Assembly (NCBI RefSeq): GCF_006345805.1 | Contig: NC_043001.1 | Span: 59,830,001 to 59,894,000 of the forward strand | Reading direction: 5' to 3' | Length of the DNA stretch: 64,000 nucleotides | DNA from: Octopus sinensis | Lineage: Eukaryota | Shown: positions 11,651-24,999 of the stretch, piece by piece | Layout: each line of letters starts with the position of its first letter | Numbering within the stretch: position 1 is the stretch's first letter | Notes under the pieces: generated by a model | Told to the model about the DNA's origin: nothing | The model's input: only the letters and a program-made list of their open reading frames with translations | Database searches by the model: none | Position numbers and translations under genes: made by a program

Positions 11651-14600
11651 ATGATACTTATTTCTATTATTTTTCTTACTGTGTTTGTTTTATAGCAGTT
11701 GAATTATCGCTATCGTCGTGTTCTTCATAAAGTTACTGTTTATATTGATGATGAATACAAAGTTGTTGATTTTGATCATCATGACTATCATTTTCTCCTT
11801 CCCCAACAAGGCCGCCTTCCTTGCCCTGCTTTTCATCATCATTGTTAACACCATCGATATAATAAAATTCATCATCGTGACCATACATACGTTAATAGTG
11901 CAAGGGAGAGGAATGGATATAATTGTTGGAAACTTTAATGCAAAAGCAGATTGAGTACTTTTCAGAGGTCAGTACCTCATTCAAACGCATGACCTTGGGG
12001 TTTTAGAATATTCTCTATTTCGTTTTCTCTTCTATTGGATGATGAATTGATCGGTTCAATGTTTGCTAAAATCATAAGATCCCAATAGTAAACACAAGCA
12101 TAGCGAACACTCTCGCACTGTTAAATGTTCTATTTATACACAAACGTACATATAGAAATGATAAATCATTTCTGTATAGCGTATGTGTTTTAATATTTGT
12201 ACAGAGATATACCTACATATGATTTTACGTGGGCGATTATGCATATCTACCCATACACATTTACAAATACATCAAAAATTGTTTTTTTATTTATCAATCG
12301 CTCATCCCATATGTGCATTTATGTATAAATACACACACACACAATTCTGTATTTATACACACATATCATATCAGTGTATGTAAGTGAGCGCGTGTGTGAT
12401 AAATGTATTTATCTATTTTTAACGTAAAACCGAGAAGCTGTAGCGAAAGCGATTCAGTATTTTTCCAAAGTAACTTTTGAAATGGTTATCTCTGGAAATC
12501 CAGGTGGAAGATATAATAAATAATATACTAAAGAGATGAAGTAAAATACATGCACAACCTTTAATCATAAATTTCCTGCTTCATATATAATGGGAAAATA
12601 TATCAAATAGAAACTCCTTAAATTTGTAGATGAGAATGGTCCGTGAAAAAGGAATATGCTATGTTTCTGCATCATTACCAATCATATGCAGAATACACGT
12701 CCAGTATGTCAAATGTAGTTGTCCTATTTACTATACAATGCGGGAGATTTAATAAGTTTTATTTTCTTATAAAAGGCGAGAAATGATATTACACCATTAC
12801 AACTGGAAGAGTGGCTTTGCTTATATTCATATCTAAATGAAAAAAAATTAATTGTTGAAGGCATGGTACGGCTATGCCACCAAAACTGCACTGCAGATTG
12901 TCTCGAAGAACTGATTTCTCCCCATATATGTTCATATCAGCAGCCTGAAACATACAAAACTATAATCAGTAGCTTGTGTCTTTATTCGTTAAACGAATTG
13001 TTTCATAATGTCAAATGCGGTTGAAGTAATCACGATACCAAAATAATGAAACTGTATAAAAAATTCAGAGGTCCAAACTTGACACATTCTGTGTCACACA
13101 ATTTCTCTCTGAGAACTATGTTAAGGGTATACATATCTGTGGTATACTCAGCCACTTGCACGTTAATTCCATGAGTAAGTTGTTCCATTGATTGAATCAG
13201 TTGGAACCCTTGTTGTCATAACCAATGTAGTACCAGTTCACTGTAGAGTGTAGGACCTAGGTATTTGTGCGTTACAGGGTAAGAGGGAGATGTGAGGGTG
13301 TGACAAGGAAAGGATTCTGTAATGTAGGCTAGGGTCTGTAAGGTAGGGCAGCGCAATGTTGTGTGACAATGAGAGGCTGAAAGATTTAGTGTAGGTGCTG
13401 ATTGGTGGGGGGAGTATATGGTAATGTGTGGTTAAGGGTGGGGTTTCATGATGTGGCAGTGGTGGTAAGATGGGAGTTGTTATTAAATTGATCAAGAAAC
13501 TAAGGAAGCAGTGTGTTGAATACAAAAGAATACAAGGACTGTTAAAAAAACATTATCTTGAAACTACTTAGAAGGAGTGGAATAGCATTTATGTAATTAT
13601 ATTGAAAGAGCCGTTGGGGCTTTCTACTTCGCCAAGTTTCCGAATTTGTTATAATAACCATAATAATATTTTCTTTTTCAGATATATTTGCGAGTATTTT
13701 AAGTTGTGTTAAATCAGTCAAATATTCATGCTAGTAGTACTTGAAAGTGGACTTTGTTGTTTGTTTGAAGTCCAAGCCACAAGTAAACTTTCAATATCGG
13801 CGCGTTTCACTGTTTGGTGATGGTAGGAATTTACATACATAAACTAAGAGAGAAAGAGAGTCACACACACTTACATTATCGCACACCTGAAGCCTATTTC
13901 TATCCCTGTGTGTGTCTGTCTCTGTCTTTGTGTGTGCGTGTGTCAGTCATCACAAATATGTATGTATACTGACATGCACCGTCACAAACATATACTTGTC
14001 AATTATCGGCCTAACGTAGGTAACAAACGTGCGAATCAATTTTCATATAGAAAATGTGACATCACTGTGGTAATGATATAAAATGTCGTTTACGATAGGT
14101 AGCTAAACGAAAAAGGATAATGTTAGTTTTTGTAGCGTAAATATGTGAATGAAAATATAGTTTAGTTGGTAGACAAAACCTTATTGAATCTTTTGATACT
14201 CCATACGTCAAAAAGGCAACTCGGTTTTGGAATGCGTAAGGAACATACGCACACACACATACAAACTCTGTTTTATAGTTATTTATATATATATATTTCA
14301 CCCTGAAAAATCTAATAAGATTTGGTTAATTATTCCATATGCAAATCAAATTAAAAAACATTGTTAAATCCATATTTAAGGCCATTCATAAACATTTTAA
14401 CATTGATGATAGATACAATTAAATTATAAACCAGAATACCGTCAGTATTGACATTAGCCTAACTTCTACCTAATTTACAATTATATCATGAACAAACAAT
14501 AAAATAAATTCTACACCAATAAAAACACACTTGACAACAATTCTACCAATTCTCTTAAACTTAACCGGAATTTCCCAAACTCCACCATCTCTAACAATAA

Positions 14601-15469
14601 TGATCACATAATTTCCATTGATGGAAGCCAGATAACCCATATTAACTCCCGTAATATCAATTCTTCTACTAAATACACACATGAAAACGTTTATGAAAAT
14701 TGTGACTGTAAAGTTTATACTAATTGCAAATTCAAGAATTCATGTAAGAGATGTAATGCAGTCTCTGAATGCACAGTTGAAGCTGTCGGAAAGAATATTT
14801 TTATATCGGCTCTACCGAAAATAAAGAAAAGACCCACTTGGCTAACTTTATCCTATCTTTTAAAAATCAACTCTTGTGTATCAACTATATATATATAATT
14901 TTAAATTAATATGTGCATATTTACATGCACATCTTCTATTCTTATAATTTATCTTCCACTTACATAATTCTCTCTACACTTATATAAGTTTTTTAAATGC
15001 AACTATACAAAATTCCCTCCTATTTCTTGAGCACATGTTAGTATATGCATGTATGTAGGTGTGTCTATATATGTGTACAAATATGCATATATGCATATAC
15101 ACATGTGCATATGTGTGTGCGTACGTGTATGTGTATATATGTATATATATGTGTGAGTATGTGCATATGTACTTTAGTGTGTATATGTGAGCATACGTGT
15201 ATTTATGTAGATGCGTGTGTACATATATGAATATATATATATATTGGACGGTTTAAGTTGCTTTGCTGGTATATTTATCTCCAAATATTTGAACTACCGA
15301 GAAGGTTTATGAGATGCACGGCAATTTATGTTTCCGATTAACCTAGGAACAGAAAATCAAATTGCAGGCTAGTTATTGTGGAAGTCATTGCATTTTAATG
15401 ATCATAGAACATATAAGTTTGGACGCGATGCAAAGTAGAGCTACTGAAGTGATTTGGGAGTAGGTTTCG

Positions 15470-16630
15470 GATAATGACTACAAAATATTGCTGTTCTACA
15501 TGAAAGCGAAATTTCTTGTCAGAAATAGGCATATAAATGGTGTAAGTAAATTGAGGGAAGACGTTGAAACATCTCCCCTGGGAGTTAATTTTTTTCAACA
15601 ACAAATGGAACTATTTTTTCAGAGAGATAAGCTAACAAAACCCCTTTATTCTGTCTACCCATATAGCCTACGCATAAACTGACAGCGAATGCTGCATAAA
15701 GTTAAAATGGTATGAAGCTTTCTGAAAGATACGTATAGCTTTCGCTATTGGAAGCAAAACTCTTATTTAAAACTCTTATTTGTTGTCTGGAACAAATTAT
15801 ATGTGACTGTTTTAGAAAAGGCTAGGACTAAAATGTTAAAACGTATTTCAAACAATGAACAACAGTAGAAATATCATAATGGATGGGTAAGTAAGCATCC
15901 TTAAAGTGAAATAATGCATTGGTAGGAAAACAAAATTATCAACAAATAGAAGAGAGAGAAGGGAACATCACCTTTCAAGTAACTCAGAATAGGTAAATTT
16001 AAGCTTGCCAAAGTTTAATGCAGTTTAAATATGGAGATTAAGATTGTTTTGTATTGGATATTCATCAAGAACAGTGTTCCCAATCAATTTAAGCAACGTG
16101 GCAGTTGGACAGTGAAAATAAATAAATAGATAATATCCTTTCACTTGCATAAAAAGATAAACAAATTATGAAAGACCCTACATGCAAAAAAAACTCCGTC
16201 CATTTAGATCCATTTACGCTGGAGCACTTAATAATATTTAGTACATGACTATCTTTGGGACATAAGTAATGTGTGTGTAAAATTTTGTGAAAATCGGTTG
16301 AGAATTGTGGAAATGTATGCCTTAAGTGTTCCTAGTCAAATTAATCCCCGTTGCTGGTGGACAGTGGAAATAAATAGACAAAATCCTTTCACTTTTAAAA
16401 AAAGATTGAAAAATATGGAAGATCCTACTTTCAAATAACTATGTCCGTTTACGTTCATTTCCGCGGTGACTCTGCAAAATATTATAATGCATGACCATCT
16501 TTAGGACATAAGTATTGTGTATGCTAAGTGTGGTGAAAATCGGTTGAGAATTGTGGGAATGTATGCGTTAGTCATTAGACACACACACTGTGATATATAT
16601 ATACTAAATGTATATATATATATGCACATG
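15470..16630 (-). mobile_element. Dispersed ~1.1-kb repeat, probably a non-autonomous Helitron-like element, with an internal ~250-bp tandem duplication
   Basis: Collinear similarity with 46470-47463, from CGGATAATGACTACAAAATA through GGTGAAAATCGG..GAATTGTGG. Units 16075-16325 and 16326-16610 are similar to each other. Confidence 0.6.
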
Positions 16631-17111
16631 CGGATTAGTTCGTGCGAGTGTACAAATGCATGGCTGCGTGTGTGTGTGTGTGTATATATACCTATTTGTG
16701 CGTACGTATATATGCATGTATGTAGGAATGTATATATGCGTAGATATGAACGTGTATGGGAATATATATACATGTATGAGTGTATGAGCATGTGCATATA
16801 TGTCGACACATGTATGTATATATACACGCATATAGATTTTATTTACATGTGTGTCCATGTGCCTGCGCGCACATAGATGCTTATGTATGTATACATGTCT
16901 GTACGAGGGTATTATATACTTGGATGTGTGCGTTTATGCTTCTATATTGACGTATGTGTACGTATATGTACATCTTTGACGAACTGTACGTACAAATGTA
17001 CGCATCCGTATCTGTGTGGGAAATTTTATTATATTCATATGCTTATTTAGGCATCAAAAGTTTACAAAACCGTTTCAAGGAAAGATTATAGAGTAAACAC
17101 AATAATTCATA

Positions 17112-17158
<47 letters not shown>

Positions 17159-17387
17159 ATTAGTAGAATTAGAGGTTGGAAAACCAGTCTAAGAGATAAA
17201 AGTATCCGTTATACTTCCGGTGTAATTACCTATGTTAACCCTGTACATATATATGCAGGTAATGACATACATAAACAGGAGTTTATCAGGAATTAAATTG
17301 AAGGTAAACAGAAAATGGAGAAATATTGATCACCAACAATTGACTTACATCAATTATCATTTTTGATACAATACTATTAGAAAGTAT

Positions 17388-17507
17388 CCCACCAAACAGC
17401 TGTTTCTCTTCTCAATGTTATATGGTAATACCACTGGTATTCGAAAAATAATATTTATCATATTTGGTAATAAATCGATCTGGAACATGGAGCTTCATCA
17501 GAGTGAA
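17388..17507 (-). ncRNA. Degenerate type I hammerhead-like motif
   Basis: Minus strand has CTGATGA, a long partly paired helix II (CTCCATGTT/AACATTGAG), then GAAAC-AGCT-GT-T with palindromic helix III. Helix I is imperfect. Confidence 0.45.
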
Positions 17508-18198
17508 GAAAAATGCATACATAAAAGAAAAAAGAGAAGAGAAGAGCTATGAAGGTAAAAGTAAAGGCCTAATATGTTCAAATCATACCATTTTGCTTAC
17601 GTGTTGCTTTGGAACATTGAGTAAATGACTAAATTTAAAATAGTAATTGGTGAGTTAATTTTTATATGGAAGTAATAGAGTGCATTTTATTCATACTTTA
17701 TAAATGAATCTGAAATCAACCTGTAAACCCCTCGCCCAAGCTACTCCTAAACCGTAACATTCAGTCTGCTAAAAGGAATTCAGAAAGACATATATTATGC
17801 TCCTGTGGCATAAACTAAAATTTAATGTTTATTGAAAATTAATGGCTGTAAGTGGAGATGACGAATTTGTTGTTAATAACAGTTTTTGCGATATCTTTGC
17901 TGGTTTTTAATAAAGTATACACACACATACACACATAAATATATATATATATTAACAAGGCCTTGTTAAAAAAATACAAATATATGTGCCGGATGTTCAT
18001 AATGGTGTTGATAATGGTGTTCATAAGCTGGTTGTTCATAATGATTATTACAATTCTAGAATGTTGTCAGTAAGATCACTAATGAATTTGGAGCAAACCA
18101 ACACAATACTTACAGAAGAAAATTTCAAGTCACTCTCTTTATATATTGAAATAATAGTTTGCAGCATGTGGCATACAATTTGAAGAAAATGTTACATA

Positions 18199-19668
18199 CA
18201 GTTGCGGCCAAAATGTTCAGAAGGACATTGTTTTCGTCAGAAAAGTAGATATAATTTTTTATCAAAGTTGTTTTATATTTTATAATTTTCACAGACAATA
18301 AATACGATATTGTTTGTTATTGCCTGAGATTTCGGTGTAATTTGAGAGGATAATACAAAAGTTATGGATGATTTAGTGATTTACTGCAAAACCAATGGCG
18401 GCCAAAATGATCAGAACGGTTGCTTTTACTCCGTGTTTTAGTATATTTAACCGGCGAACTCTAATGTTTTGAATTTGTTTACGTGACGGTTCGTTTACTA
18501 AACATTAGTAAGAATATTTGCAGTGTACCTTGTTAAAGAATGCCACTTACTCCGTTATCAATTCGTCAGCAGATTATTAAGCTTCGAAGGAAGGATAATT
18601 TAAGTATTGGATCTATTGCAAAGATTGTTAACAAGTCAAAAAGTGTTGTACACGGTATTCTTAAGGTCTACGATGATTGTGGTTCGTGTGAAGCAAGAAA
18701 GTTTACAGGTAGGCCAAGAAAAACGACCAAGAGAGAAGATCGTGCTATGGTAAAGTTGGTTAAAAAGGACAGAATTAAAACTGCTGCTGCTGTTTCTCGG
18801 AAAATGAGCATTGTATTGAAGAAAACTTTATCTTGAAAAACTGTGTCTCGTCATTTAGTTGAACATGACCTACAAGCAAGAGCACCTGCAGTGAAGCCAC
18901 TGATCAGCTCCAAGAATAAAAAGTGTCGTCTTACCTTTGCAACCGAACATGTGTTGTGGTCTCAAGAAAAATGGCAAACGGTGCATTTCAGTGATGAATC
19001 TAAGTTTATGCTATTTGGCTCAGATGGGAAAAGGTACGTTCGTAGAAAAGTAGGTGAAAAATTGTTGCCTAAATGCCTTAAGACTTGTGTTAAATTCGGT
19101 GGAGGTAGTGTCATGGTTTGGGGAATGATATCTGGAGATGGTGTGGGCCCTTTGGTGCGATTACTTGGAAAGTTAAATGCAGGAGTTTATAAACAACTTG
19201 TAAAAGATCATGTCTTGCCTGTGCTGAGAAATTCAACTAAGCGACCACCCATATTCATGCAGGACAATGCCCCATGTCACAAGGCTAAGGTGGTCATGAA
19301 CTTCCTCAAGGCTGAAAAGGTTATTGTTATGGATTGGCCAGCTCAAAGCCCAGATCTCAATCCTATTGAAAATGTGTGGAATATTCTAGGAGAACGTTTG
19401 GAAGCCAGAAATCTTAAAACAACTGAGCAATTATGGAATGCCCTTCAGGAAGAACGGAATAAGATCACCCAGCAAGAAATTGAAAATTTAATTTTCTCAT
19501 GCAGTCGAAGATGTCAGAGTGTGATTGAAGCTAAAGGGCTTCACACTAAATATTAAATAATTCCCGTATTCTCTGTCATTTTTGATTATTTTGTTATTTT
19601 TTCAACCGTTCTGATCATCTACTTTTCTGACGAAAACAATGCCGTTCTGAACATTTTGGCCGCAACTC
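18199..19668 (+). mobile_element. Full-length Tc1-family DNA transposon
   Basis: 52-bp TIRs at 18199-18250 and 19617-19668 with 3 mismatches. TA on both sides (18197-18198, 19669-19670). Transposase inside. Confidence 0.97.
18540..19556 (+). pseudogene. Tc1 transposase (DD34E), one in-frame TGA at 18834-18836
   Basis: ORFs 18540-18836 and 18843-19556 are in the same frame. HTH region, FSDESKF, WGMIS, QDNAPCH and SPDLNPIENVW are present, with 34 residues between the second D and the E. Confidence 0.95.
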
Positions 19669-19774
19669 TACATGACGAAAGTAATGAGCGTGATGGAATG
19701 GAAGATTGTAGTGGAATATACATGTATACACAAACACACATACACGTGTGTGCGCGTGTGCGCGTGTATAGTTT

Positions 19775-20090
19775 TAGCCGAGCTGATCGACCCTAACACT
19801 TATTATTTAAAGCCTGGTACTCATTATATCAGACTATTTTATGGAACCGCTAATTTACGTTGGTGTAAACACACTTGAACACTCAAACTAGCACACATTC
19901 TCTCTCCTATCTCACACACATATACATACTACGGACTTCTTTTAGTTTCCGCGCACCATATCCTCTCATAAGTTTCTGGTCGGCCTGGGGCTATAGTAGA
20001 GGACACTTGCTCGAACTGTTCTGCAGTGGGACTGTCCTCGGACTCATGACTGGGAAACAAACTTCTTACATCACAGCCTCATCTGCATTG
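19775..20090 (-). mobile_element. SINE family A, diverged copy
   Basis: Reverse-complement similarity to 8361-8750 (GGACACTTGCTCG, GGGGCTATAGTAG, TTTAGTTTCCG, GAACCGCTAA). Confidence 0.7.
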
Positions 20091-20140
20091 ATATATATGT
20101 ATTCATGTGTGTGTGTGTGTATGTGTGTGTGTGTGTGTGT

Positions 20141-20172
<32 letters not shown>

Positions 20173-22009
20173 CTATGTTTTGTGTGTGTGTGTGTGTGTG
20201 TGTGTCTATGTTTTTGTGTGTACATATACCGATACATGAATGAAGATAGCACTGAAATACGAATGAATGCACAGAAAATAACACGAGAATATCAAAGATT
20301 AAAATACAGCTTTAAGTTGAAAAGCTTTCACAAATTTTTACAGAGAAGTTCATGGAACTAATCATTAGACAACCGTGAGTATTTTGCACATTAAGATCGT
20401 TTATAAATACTTATAAATGGGGCAGTTATAATTGTTTAATAGTTCATCAGATACTCATTTATTAATGGTTAGACTGAGTGTTATTTCTTTTGAAAATAAG
20501 AAACCGTTAGATGAGCATTATCCCCTAACATAATACCCAACATTAAAAATGTGTCGAAATGATTTCAAATTTAAATCGCCTACTTACATGGAAATATTTA
20601 TAATAATTACAGCCCTTTTAGAAAACAAGTGTTTAAGAAAAATAAGCCCTAAAAGATAGAAATTAAAACACGGACGAAGTAGTATCACGAAAGTGAAATA
20701 AATAAATGATAAATTATCAAACCGTAGAGAAGAGGGAGTGGCAATAATGGAAGAAAGAAAAAGTCAAAGAGAGAACGACAGGAATTTAGAAGAGATGGGC
20801 ATTAAAAATATGAAAGTAAAGAAGAGGAAATAGGAGTAATTATTATTTGCAACTGACATTTTGTATCAAATCTGTGTAGACAAAGTAACACAGCACACAG
20901 GGGAGGTGCAAGCTATTAGAAAGGAGCAATAGATTAGGTAGATTGAGACCTGAAAATATTACTAGTGAAGGGTGCGAAGGAGGGAAAAGAAGAAAATATA
21001 TAAAACGGACCGAGATAGAAAAATAAGTTTGAACAAAATAAAACGGACGTAATTCAATTTCGAAATATGTAAGATGGAAAAGTGAGGAAGTTACTGAAAT
21101 GGAAAAAATATACGTAAAATATCAATCTAATTAATTCAAAGTAGAAGCGTCATTTTTTTTTAGAAAGTGAATACTGAAATAAAATAAAATAAAAAAAGAC
21201 AATAATATAATAAACGCATGTATAATTTATATCCTGATCGATAAATATCCATAGTAAAAATGAAAATATAAAAGAAACGAAACACTTATGAAATTATATG
21301 ATGGTCGTATGCGACAGTCGGAAGGAAACAATTCAGCTTCAGAATTACAAAAATATGATGGCACTTTCCACATATTCGAAGTTGTGGTAAAACAGTAAAG
21401 CATATGGTAGTGTGAGGTGACAAAATATTAATATGTTCGGTGCCAGCTTTCATGGAATCAGAAACGTCGAAGAATTCCTACAATAGTTCGACAATTCATA
21501 TTAAAAATTGAAAACTTGTCTTGAAACAGTGTAAAATATTTTTCCATTAAGAAAAAGCGACATTTTATTGAACGGAATACAATGGCGGAAAAATCAATCC
21601 CTTTATTGACTTGCTTCTTTTTTCAAATTGGACCATTCAATTTTGAGAGTTTAATTCAATTGACATGCCTGCTTTGAAAAACTGGTTCATGACGTGTTTT
21701 GTAGGTATTTTAAGGGTATATTGTGTACATAAAATATTATCTTGAAGATGATTTCTGCAACTCCACTGTAAGTTTCATAAGTAGTGCTATAAAAGATATG
21801 TGTATTACACCCGAATCTTATAGGCCTGAGTCTTGGTCATTAAGAGGACAGTTACTCTGATTATTACCATTACACTTATATTTTTACATTCTTGCTAAAT
21901 TCTGTAATCACATTAGTTTTACATTCAAGCTAAGTTCTCTACAATAGATCAGCACAAATCATGATAAATATCCCAATATCTCAGATTCGGAGAGAGGAAT
22001 GCATGAATT

Positions 22010-22500
22010 CTAAGATTTGTTGGTGACATTCATGGATTGGCACCTTAGGAAGATAACGTGATTAATTTAGGTAAGCACTAGATAGTGCTTCACTACGTAT
22101 TGTATGGATGTTTTTACCGAAAGTAAGAAACTCATGGCAAATTACAACGCTGCTATCATATCAGAAATCACTGTACACGGTCAAGAACGAGAACTAGTGC
22201 AGCAGTTCAAATACTGAAGGATAGGATGGAGCATTAATAATGATAAAGTATCGAGATATGAAAACGTTGCAAGAACTACACAAATATTGACTGTACTAAC
22301 TGAACACAAACTATTATGTAGAGTTAAGGGAATTACTATGAACAATGAGATCAGACTACTAGATATATCTCAGGTATCACGTTTTTCGGCATCACAAATG
22401 AGCAGGTGTGTCTTAAAGCTCAACACAGGACAGAAAATATTCTCGAGGACAGAAAATATGCGGATGTTTAACGGATGGACCAAATGTTGGGTTCAATCTT
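22010..22500 (+). mobile_element. RTE-clade LINE reverse transcriptase fragment, decayed
   Basis: Translation RFVGDIHGLAP*EDNVINL...KKLMANYNAAIISEITVHGQERELVQQFKY follows the RTE pattern RFADDIDGLAG...KLMTN...I.VNGQ.LE.V..FKYLG. Confidence 0.7.
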
Positions 22501-22759
22501 AAAACGTCATACTGACTTCCACAAACTTCTTGTAGTCACTGACTTCCACAACCACTTGCAGTCCCTGCTCCCCTGGGATGTCTATATGAACGTCAATTTT
22601 GTTACTCTTTCAGAGTCCTAATTAACTAGAACCTTAATCTTATTCTGATCCAATTTTCTTTTCAGGGTTTTCTTTTTATTGCATGCTGGTGTCTTCCAAA
22701 CCACATATTTCTACACCCATCTGAAGTCGAATTCGGGTTGAGTGCTTGAGACTTTTACT

Positions 22760-23100
22760 CATATTACTCTCCATCCCAGGAAAATCGTTATCCTTGTAAA
22801 TTTATTTTATGGAATGCATACTTCTTCTGGATTATCTTTTCCTGGTATACAATTCAAATATATCCGATTTTTTTGGCAAATGCCACAAAACAAATGTCTT
22901 GCCATTTCCCCATCACAATACCACATTTCTGGGAATGAGGATCGTAGCAGGTCAGCCAGATCGCCCATCGTCTTCCAGGGACGTTCTTCCGCTTTTCAAA
23001 TATACTGAAGATTGGTCATATCGTCGACAAGCGTCTATACTGTACTCTTTTCCTGTGTTAGGTCTAAAGGTGTTTTGGTATAATCTGTGTAACGTTTCAC
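22760..23100 (-). mobile_element. Old mariner N-terminal remnant
   Basis: Minus strand encodes LKSGRTSLEDDGRSG*PAT, matching the mariner F..GRTSLEDD.RSGRP motif. Confidence 0.55.
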
Positions 23101-23240
23101 TTTTCGAATCGGTTAACCTGTTTTTCTAGCTCTTTTAAATGTTTATACTTGTTTTTTCGTGGTATGCCATCGAAAGCAATTGCGATCTTGGTAATAGAAA
23201 CTATTTTGTATCGTTTCTACTCTTGATTGTGTTACTCTTA

Positions 23241-23805
23241 TACTCTTTTACTTGTTTCAGTCATTTGACAGTTCCCATGCTGGAGCATCGCCTTTAGTCG
23301 AGCAAATCGACTCCAGGTCTTATTCTTTGTAAGCGTAGTATTATTCTATCGGTTCTTCTGCCGGTCTGCTAAGTTACACAGACACAAACACACACATTAT
23401 TTTATATATATATGTTTTTTATACATATATATATATATATATAGGGAGAGTTTACGAAAAAGACCAAAAGACGAAGACAGGTGGTGTACAAAACAAACAG
23501 ATATATTAGTATAACACTCAGGAACAGAAAAAGGCTTTTACGTTTCGAGTCTACGATCTTCTACAGAAGGGACATAGAAAAAACAAGGAGAGAAACAAGG
23601 AGAGAAAAATGAGTGTAGTGGCTAAAGATCAATCATGCCGAACGACGGGCTTCTTTTAGTTTCCGTCTACCAAATCCACTCACAAGGATTTGGTCAGCCC
23701 GAGGCTATAGTAGAAGACACTTGCCAAATGTGCCACACAGTGGGACTGAACTTGGAACCATATGGTTCGTAAGCAAGCTACTTAACACACAGCCACTCGT
23801 GCGCC
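23241..23805 (-). mobile_element. SINE family A, split by an insertion in its internal microsatellite
   Basis: Tail at 23241-23395 and head at 23637-23805 match 8361-8750 in reverse. Confidence 0.85.
23441..23636 (-). mobile_element. Short Penelope-pLTR-like insert with minimal hammerhead-like motif (23535-23570)
   Basis: Minus strand CCTT-CTGTAGA-AGATCGTAGACTC-GAAACGTA-AAAG. A related motif lies at 45669-45700. The insert sits next to (TA)n. Confidence 0.5.
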
Positions 23806-24072
23806 ATTGTTGTTACTACCGTACAATTTACTTTTATTGTGCTGAAGATGGTCGTGGTGATAATGCAAAATTTGCTGAGGTTGGTGATCTTCTAAGCCTC
23901 TTTGCTTAGCATGTCGCTGTTAATGATGCTAGTAGATCGATTCCAGTACTGATTGTTACTTATGAAATCATAAAAGGCCTAAACGACCTATGTGGCATTT
24001 GAACTCGAGTTGAAAGTCGGACGCAATGCCGCTAAACATTATGTCCGGTGTGCTAACGATTCTGCAATCTCG

Positions 24073-24107
<35 letters not shown>

Positions 24108-24150
24108 TAATAATAATAATAATAATATAATAATAATAATAATAATAATA
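24073..24150 (+). repeat. (AAT)n microsatellite
   Basis: Direct reading. Confidence 0.95.
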
Positions 24151-24230
24151 ATGCTTTCAAATTATGGTACAAAGTCAGCAATCTCGGAGTGGGGTAAGCA
24201 GATTACATTGATCTTCGTGAACAGTCGGTA

Positions 24231-24942
24231 TGAGGTGGTATTAAAAACTTCCCGCACTAGTTCTGCAGCGCGCCAATAGATGGCAGCACATAGTTGCGTC
24301 CGCATTGAGAGCAAGCGGTGACCTTCGTGAGGCAGTATATGCTGTGTTTACTTCGCAAGTAGTGAAATTTGTTTATGTGATCACGTGTATGCTGTAATCT
24401 GCAATTTTGCCATGGATAGAAATTTGGAACAATGAACCACCGTGAAGTTTAGCATTAAACCTGGGAAGTCTGCTACAAAGACATTCAGCATGTTGCAGCA
24501 AGCATACGGTGACGTGGCAATGGATCATACGCAATGTTTCTGGTGGCACGAGCTCTTCAAAAGACAATGAGCGACCTGGAAGACCTGCCATGAAAGTCAC
24601 CATCGGAAATGTGTTATTGTGCATAGTGAATTCGTCCCCAGGGCCAGACCGTCAAACATTTTGTAGCATTTGAGGGACGACGTTCGGCGAAAGCGACCAG
24701 ATGTGTGGAGCACGGGGAATTGGTTTCCTTTCGGAGAAAAGTCAGCACAAACGTTGCCGTTTTAACACCGTTGTCGAGATCCAGCAAATCGTAGAAGGTC
24801 CTCAACTGAATTGCGGAAAACTACTTTTAGGCCACATTCCAAAAGAGGCTGGTATGCTGGGACCGGTGTATTGCGGCGCAAGGTGACTATGTTGAAGGAG
24901 ATCATGTTAAAATTTAGGTAAATATATATTTTTATCACCTCG
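24231..24942 (+). mobile_element. Internally deleted mariner element inserted in a SINE
   Basis: Degenerate TIRs TGAGGTGGTATTAAAAA and TTTTTATCACCTCG, with TA at 24229-24230 and 24943-24944. Encodes an N-terminal KSATKTFSMLQQAYGD and a C-terminal WDRCIAAQGDYVEGD with the catalytic middle missing. The flanks rejoin as SINE family B. Confidence 0.8.
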
Positions 24943-24999
24943 TACTTATTTTATTGACCTCGAAATAAAGAGCAATAGCAACCTCAGCGGAATTTACAC

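Noticed and set aside
9219-11695. ORFs rich in IY, CV, HT, poly-I or poly-N here and at 16.5, 20.1, 36-37, 55 and 57-58.7 kb
   Set aside because: They are translations of (TA)n, (TG)n, (CA)n and (AAT)n microsatellites.
12850-12945. Minus-strand acceptor-like TTTGTATGTTTCAG followed by an open frame (AADMNIYGEK...)
   Set aside because: No convincing donor site and no recognisable protein similarity.
13660-13790. Strong acceptor TTTTCTTTTTCAG on the plus strand
   Set aside because: All three frames hit a stop soon after, so it is not a coding exon.
20370-20460. Minus-strand CTGATGA with complementary GAGTAT/ATACTC flanks
   Set aside because: No GAAA and no valid helix III or NUH triplet.
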